Part shown: positions 60,201-64,000 of the stretch, in pieces | How positions within the stretch are numbered: position 1 is the stretch's first letter | Layout: the number at the start of each line of letters is the position of its first letter | Assembly: GCA_027623195.1 (NCBI GenBank) | Contig: JAQBUT010000002.1 | Location: 32,001-96,000, forward strand | DNA length: 64,000 nt | Direction of reading: 5' to 3' | Source of the DNA: Chloroflexota bacterium | GTDB lineage: Bacteria; Chloroflexota; Dehalococcoidia; Lucifugimonadales; JADFKI01 | The notes under the pieces: model-generated | The model's database searches: none | What the model saw: the letters and a program-made list of their open reading frames with translations, nothing else | What the model was told of the DNA's origin: nothing | Made by a program: the position numbers and the translations under genes

Positions 60201-63200
60201 GAAGACCTGAAACTCGCGGAGAGGATCAGTATTCAGATCGCTGGAGCCATTGACGCCTCTAGATTACATACCAAGCTTCAGAGAGATGCCACGGAGCGAC
60301 AGGTACTGGCAGAGATCAGTCGTATTATTAGCTCTTCGCTGGATGTACACGGCGTTTACACAGGATTCGCGGAGCAAGTCGCAAAGCTGGTCCCCTTCGA
60401 CAGAATCGCCATCAGGGGTTTGGGTTCCGGCCCTAATTCTCTGAAGCACCTGTACACGGCCGGGTTGGAGTTTTCCGGAGCCCCAGCGGCTGGCGAGGAG
60501 TTTTCCAGTTCGGGAACTCTGGCTGAGAGCGTTTTGCGGTTCGGTAAAGGGTTGGTGCTCAATGCTGAAGATGACACAGCCTTCAACCTGACATATCCCG
60601 GATTTGCCTCCTTCTACGGGGCAGGCTTCCGATCTTGCGTTATTGTGCCGTTGGTCTCAGATGACCGAACAATAGGCACCATTTCAATCATGTCGCTTGA
60701 GTACGGCACCCACGATGAGAATCATCTCTCGATTTTGCAGCGCGTCGCCAACCAGATTGCCGGGGCTATTGCCGCCTCATTCCTGCACGGGGTAGTTCAG
60801 CAGGAAGCGGTAGAGAAGGAAGTGCTGGCGGAGATTGGTCGGGTAATAAATTCGTCCGTAAATATACAAGATGTCTATCCTGACTTTTCACGACAGGTGC
60901 ATCGGCTTATACCCTTTGTCAGATTAGCCATTTCCACTCTGTCCGAAGATGAATCATATGCGCAGGTTGCGTCGGTGGACGGTGAAGGAGTGAATGGGCT
61001 TCGGGAGCGGGACGCTGCCCCTGTTGCCGGGTCTCCCCTGGAACTGGCAATTAAAGGAAAACAACCCGTTTTGTTGTCTCTGGACGAGCTACAACAATTT
61101 ACCGAAACCTCTCCAGAAACTGTCGCACTCCTGCAGGCCGGTATATCAGGAATGATTATCGTGCCGCTTCTGAACGGGGATAAAAGCATTGCCACCCTGA
61201 ACATTAGTGGCAATGAGAAGGATCTGACTCGGGCTCATCTAGACTTCGGGAGACGCGTTGGCGCTCAAATTGCCGGGTCCATCGCGAATTCGCAGCTTTA
61301 TGAGGAGCAAAAACGTACGGAAGAGGCGCTGACAGTAAGCGAGGCGCGTTATCGAGACCTCTTCGAAAATGCCAGCGATCTGATACAGAGCGTAACCCTG
61401 GATGGAAAATTCCTGTACGTAAACCAGGCCTGGCGGGATACGTTGGGCTATGCCGAAGATGAGTTGGAAAGCCTGGACTTCTTAGAGATTATTCATGCCG
61501 ACCACAGAGAACATTGCCGGGACCTTTTGCTTAGCCTGCTTGATGGCGAACCACAGATCAATTTGGAAGCTGATTTCGTTACCAAGAGCGGTCAGATTAT
61601 CTCTATCGAGGGCAGGAGCAGTTGTCAATTCCAGGACGGTGTGGCCGTAGCTACTCGTAGCATATTGCGGGACGTTACCATGCGGCGTCAGGCTGAAGCG
61701 GCCTTGCGGAAGACTGAGGCAGAGGCGGCAAGACTAGCCAGTGAGATGAACGCCAGGGCAGCCCAGATCGGTACCCTTACTCAGATGAATAATATTGTTA
61801 TGTCCTCCCTAGATTCAGCTCAGGTGATAAGTGAAATTACCAGAGCTGCTGCCGACATCATGGGCGTCCCACTGGCGGCATTCTGGGCATACGATGAGGA
61901 ATCAGAAACTCTCCGTCTGGGTCCTGGCGGGTTTTCTTCACGGGAGTATCAAGCCGACTTTGGGATTAGCGAAATGAAGGTGGGCGAAGGCGGTTCGGGC
62001 TGGGTGGCGAAGCACAAGGCCCCACTTCAAGTAGAGAACGTATTCGAAGATGATCGTTTCTTAGCGCTTGACTGGATGAAGAGGGCTGGGCTCCAAAGTT
62101 ATTATGGTGTGCCAATTATGGTGAACAGCAAGTTATCTGGGGTACTGGCACTTAACGACAAGGTCCCAATGAATTTTAGCCCCAGTCAAGAGCTTATTCT
62201 GGAACACTACGTTACCCAGATAGTGGCTACCTTACGCAACGCCCAGCTGTACGAGGAGATTCAGACAACGGCCAGGGAAACGGCTATGCTGGCGGATATC
62301 GGACGGCTGTTTAGCTCGGCCACAAATTTGAGCGAGATTTATGAGGAGTTCTCCAAGTTAGTTAACGAACTGGTGCCGGTGGACCGAATAACAGTAAACC
62401 TGTTGGATGGGGATGGGGAACGGCTCACTCTTGCCTATCACAGTGGAGTTCACCTTAAAGACAGGCATCTAGGCGCGGTAATACCATTGGCGGGAACTTT
62501 TTCCGAACAGGCAGTCAGAAGTCGCGCAATTACCGTTTTTAACCCCACGTCGTTAGATGAGGTTAAAGCAACCTATCCTAGCCTCGAGGGACCTTACGGG
62601 GCTGGCATTCGAGCCTTCGTTGGCGTTCCGCTAATTGCCAACGACGAGGTTTTTGGTGCCTTGCAAATGAGGTCTAAAATAGCCAATGCATTTAATGGCA
62701 GGACAGAGGGCCTGGTCCAGAGTATCGCCAACCAGGTAGCCGGCACTATCGCCAGCGCCCAGCTCTATGGTGAAATCCAGGAAACATCTCGGGAGACGGC
62801 CGCACTGGCCGATATTGGTCGACTTTTCAGCTCTGCCAATCAGCTTAGCGACGTTTATGAAGAGTTCGCTCAAATGATCAATCAGCTGGTGCCGTCGGAC
62901 AGAATAACAGTCGATCTCTTGGACGCAGAAAAGAAAAACATCACGATCGAATATCATAGCGGTGTGGAAATCGAAGGCAGAGAGGCCGGGACGAAACTAC
63001 TTCTCCAGGGGACGCTGGCAGAAGCGGCAGTTAAATCCAGGTCGGTCATCGTGCTCAACCCCACACCGGATAATGGAGAGTTGGATAGGTTCCCCAATCT
63101 GGGTGACAATCAAGATCAGGGAATAAAGTCATACATGGTCGTACCGCTTATCGTAAATGACGAGGTTATTGGTACGCTGCAAATGAGATCATTTGCAGCG

Positions 63201-64000
63201 TACGCGTTCAACAGGCGAGCGCAAGGTCTGGTCCAGGGCATTGCCAACCAGGTTGCCGGTACCATCGCCAATGCCAGGCTTAACCAGGAAGCGCAGGAGG
63301 CTCGCGAGGTCGCTGAAGATGCCAACAGCGCGAAAAGCGAGTTTCTGGCCAACATGAGCCATGAAATTCGTACTCCTATGAATGGGGTCATAGGGATGTC
63401 CGACCTCTTGTTGGATACCGACCTGAGCGGAGAGCAACTGGAGTACGTGAACGGCGTCCGGTCTTCCGCAGATTCCCTTTTAGGTATCATCAATGACATT
63501 CTGGACTTCTCTAAAATTGAAGCCAGAAAACTGGATGTAGACGCGCTCAGCTTCAACCTAACCGAGGCCTTGGGTAGCCATATGACTCTGTTCACGGAGC
63601 GCGCAAGTAGCAAAGGTCTGTCCTTGTCTCATTCGATAGACCCTCAGATGCCTGAACTGGTCGTCGGCGATATGCTCCGTATAGGGCAGGTCATGACGAA
63701 TTTGGTGGCCAACGCTATCAAGTTTACTGAGGAAGGCGGAGTAACTGTAGACGTTGCCGTGGAATCCCAAAGTGACAGCGATGTTGATCTCCATTTCAGC
63801 GTGTGGGACACAGGTATTGGGATATCGGAAGACAAACAGAAGCACATATTCGAAGCCTTTTCCCAGGCTGACGGGTCTGTCACGCGGCGCTTCGGAGGCA
63901 CTGGTCTTGGCCTGGCAATCTCATCACAGCTTGTGCACCTTATGGGAGGGCGCATATGGGTGGAAAGTGATGTCAAAAATGGCAGCGCATTCCACTTTCA
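57210..64000 (+). CDS. giant sensor histidine kinase: pseudo-receiver, 7 GAF, PAS, 3 GAF, HisKA, HATPase (3'-partial, >2260 aa)
   Basis: Frame read open from ATG 57210 to the edge (absent from the track because there is no stop); ILIVDDS receiver; ten GAF units, most bounded by E..LAEIG and [37 protein letters not shown] (His 63360), [34 protein letters not shown]. Confidence 0.92.
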   Translation, partial: MYRQHLSILIVDDSDRDVILLERMLRQEGYDITLERTDTAESLRRSLRTQDWDIVVSACRLPTFSAYKALETINELGLDIPLIVVSETVDEMDVVALVKAGAVDFIRKDNLSLVASTVKREIRNAARRREELLAELDHQEILADEFEQTRAEAQKLANENAAIADIGRIVSSTLDFDEICEAVAEPIKSIVPYDRFSLSVRRDDGETIEVRFLAGIEMPSHYVGMVFDFNRSISRDSRRASEGRVFELLESDTAPSQLEKNQIFAEHQKPFYALGLKYGLTAPLISNNQVIGYMAFRSLEEGTYSDYQLGLAERIAPLLAGALASEKLYQQALRESRENEALASIGRAMGSTLDVKTVYGCAYDALKDLVPVDRVSAALIMPDGQHMISNYFAGIEMPGRRVGEIFPIRDVLRFVIDSRTGHLMQGAEYEDIKSDRSQFINSGLQSQMVVPMVSEDEVIGLIFVRSTKPLAYTPRDLALAERIGLQIAGAVAKARLHEQMQHLGNERQVLSEIGKVISSSSKLDDVYEELAKLVKRIVPYDRFSIWTITEDNRRRGAFRTGMTLDEIDNPEFIVDLGENVEKALRAQAPVLSVPDAKRNLIEHSRIRDSALAQGIRGVITAPLISDGHVVGVLIVGTIVEDSYSQNEMDLLERVANQIAGAMSIALLAENLKLAETAALQLARENDAVAEIGRTITSSIDISDVYEKFGELVREFIPFDHTVIALIESVNNRMSMAYVYGEEVSGRRVGEFSNLSDDFLKDMNIEHGGFILHLEDDEELVASQYSRYLPGYRVGARSFLTVPLVSEGETIGLIRFWSKERNAYTEKQLLFCGRIARQISGAVKNAQMHKVIQREAEERKILAEIGRVTSFSLDLDEVYSTFAEQVRRLIAYDRVAIGLIDEEQDNLTIAFVVGSAVKGREPGDFISLNGTHSRDVIRRRDGVLTQETDESEIKSLFPGLMPLFEAGLRSFITMPLVSNDKVIGTFHLHSVQENMYSAEDLKLAERISIQIAGAIDASRLHTKLQRDATERQVLAEISRIISSSLDVHGVYTGFAEQVAKLVPFDRIAIRGLGSGPNSLKHLYTAGLEFSGAPAAGEEFSSSGTLAESVLRFGKGLVLNAEDDTAFNLTYPGFASFYGAGFRSCVIVPLVSDDRTIGTISIMSLEYGTHDENHLSILQRVANQIAGAIAASFLHGVVQQEAVEKEVLAEIGRVINSSVNIQDVYPDFSRQVHRLIPFVRLAISTLSEDESYAQVASVDGEGVNGLRERDAAPVAGSPLELAIKGKQPVLLSLDELQQFTETSPETVALLQAGISGMIIVPLLNGDKSIATLNISGNEKDLTRAHLDFGRRVGAQIAGSIANSQLYEEQKRTEEALTVSEARYRDLFENASDLIQSVTLDGKFLYVNQAWRDTLGYAEDELESLDFLEIIHADHREHCRDLLLSLLDGEPQINLEADFVTKSGQIISIEGRSSCQFQDGVAVATRSILRDVTMRRQAEAALRKTEAEAARLASEMNARAAQIGTLTQMNNIVMSSLDSAQVISEITRAAADIMGVPLAAFWAYDEESETLRLGPGGFSSREYQADFGISEMKVGEGGSGWVAKHKAPLQVENVFEDDRFLALDWMKRAGLQSYYGVPIMVNSKLSGVLALNDKVPMNFSPSQELILEHYVTQIVATLRNAQLYEEIQTTARETAMLADIGRLFSSATNLSEIYEEFSKLVNELVPVDRITVNLLDGDGERLTLAYHSGVHLKDRHLGAVIPLAGTFSEQAVRSRAITVFNPTSLDEVKATYPSLEGPYGAGIRAFVGVPLIANDEVFGALQMRSKIANAFNGRTEGLVQSIANQVAGTIASAQLYGEIQETSRETAALADIGRLFSSANQLSDVYEEFAQMINQLVPSDRITVDLLDAEKKNITIEYHSGVEIEGREAGTKLLLQGTLAEAAVKSRSVIVLNPTPDNGELDRFPNLGDNQDQGIKSYMVVPLIVNDEVIGTLQMRSFAAYAFNRRAQGLVQGIANQVAGTIANARLNQEAQEAREVAEDANSAKSEFLANMSHEIRTPMNGVIGMSDLLLDTDLSGEQLEYVNGVRSSADSLLGIINDILDFSKIEARKLDVDALSFNLTEALGSHMTLFTERASSKGLSLSHSIDPQMPELVVGDMLRIGQVMTNLVANAIKFTEEGGVTVDVAVESQSDSDVDLHFSVWDTGIGISEDKQKHIFEAFSQADGSVTRRFGGTGLGLAISSQLVHLMGGRIWVESDVKNGSAFHF

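Noticed and set aside
57348..63976. Numerous short ORFs listed by the track in this region
   Set aside because: All are antisense or out-of-frame fragments within the single giant kinase frame
1..64000. tRNA, rRNA, IS/transposase, integrase, prophage genes, inteins
   Set aside because: None recognised by eye; a small ncRNA in the longer intergenic gaps cannot be excluded without a covariance-model scan

Overview
Bacterial chromosomal window, most likely Chloroflexota / Dehalococcoidia (SAR202-like). That assignment is inferred from gene content: a stand-alone SWIM protein, PAC2, a PPOX F420 enzyme, DinB, and many paralogous oxidoreductases and hydrolases. It carries purB, a pyr operon (pyrR-pyrB-pyrC-carA-carB, with unrelated genes interleaved) preceded by a clear PyrR attenuator, folC, fabF, sbcC and many accessory enzymes. 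I saw no rRNA, tRNA, CRISPR array or transposase. The ORF track misses or mis-calls several things: (1) a UGA-recoded selenoprotein peroxiredoxin-like gene (FYRGHW-U-PYC with a downstream SECIS-like hairpin) next to a MarR / PIG-L / pirin / VOC / rhodanese cluster; (2) a >2260-aa sensor kinase running off the right edge (pseudo-receiver, 10 GAF, PAS, HisKA, HATPase); (3) a tandem pair of paralogous secreted Ca-binding-type proteins sharing an identical 25-nt 5' element, followed by a third small secreted protein; (4) two ABC-ATPase/TOPRIM-type modules, one two-gene defence-like pair and one with a degenerate TOPRIM; (5) three lesions (a tail-to-tail truncation junction, a premature TAA, a 1-nt frameshift); (6) two probable non-canonical start codons. 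All calls come from reading motifs by eye; no database searches were run.
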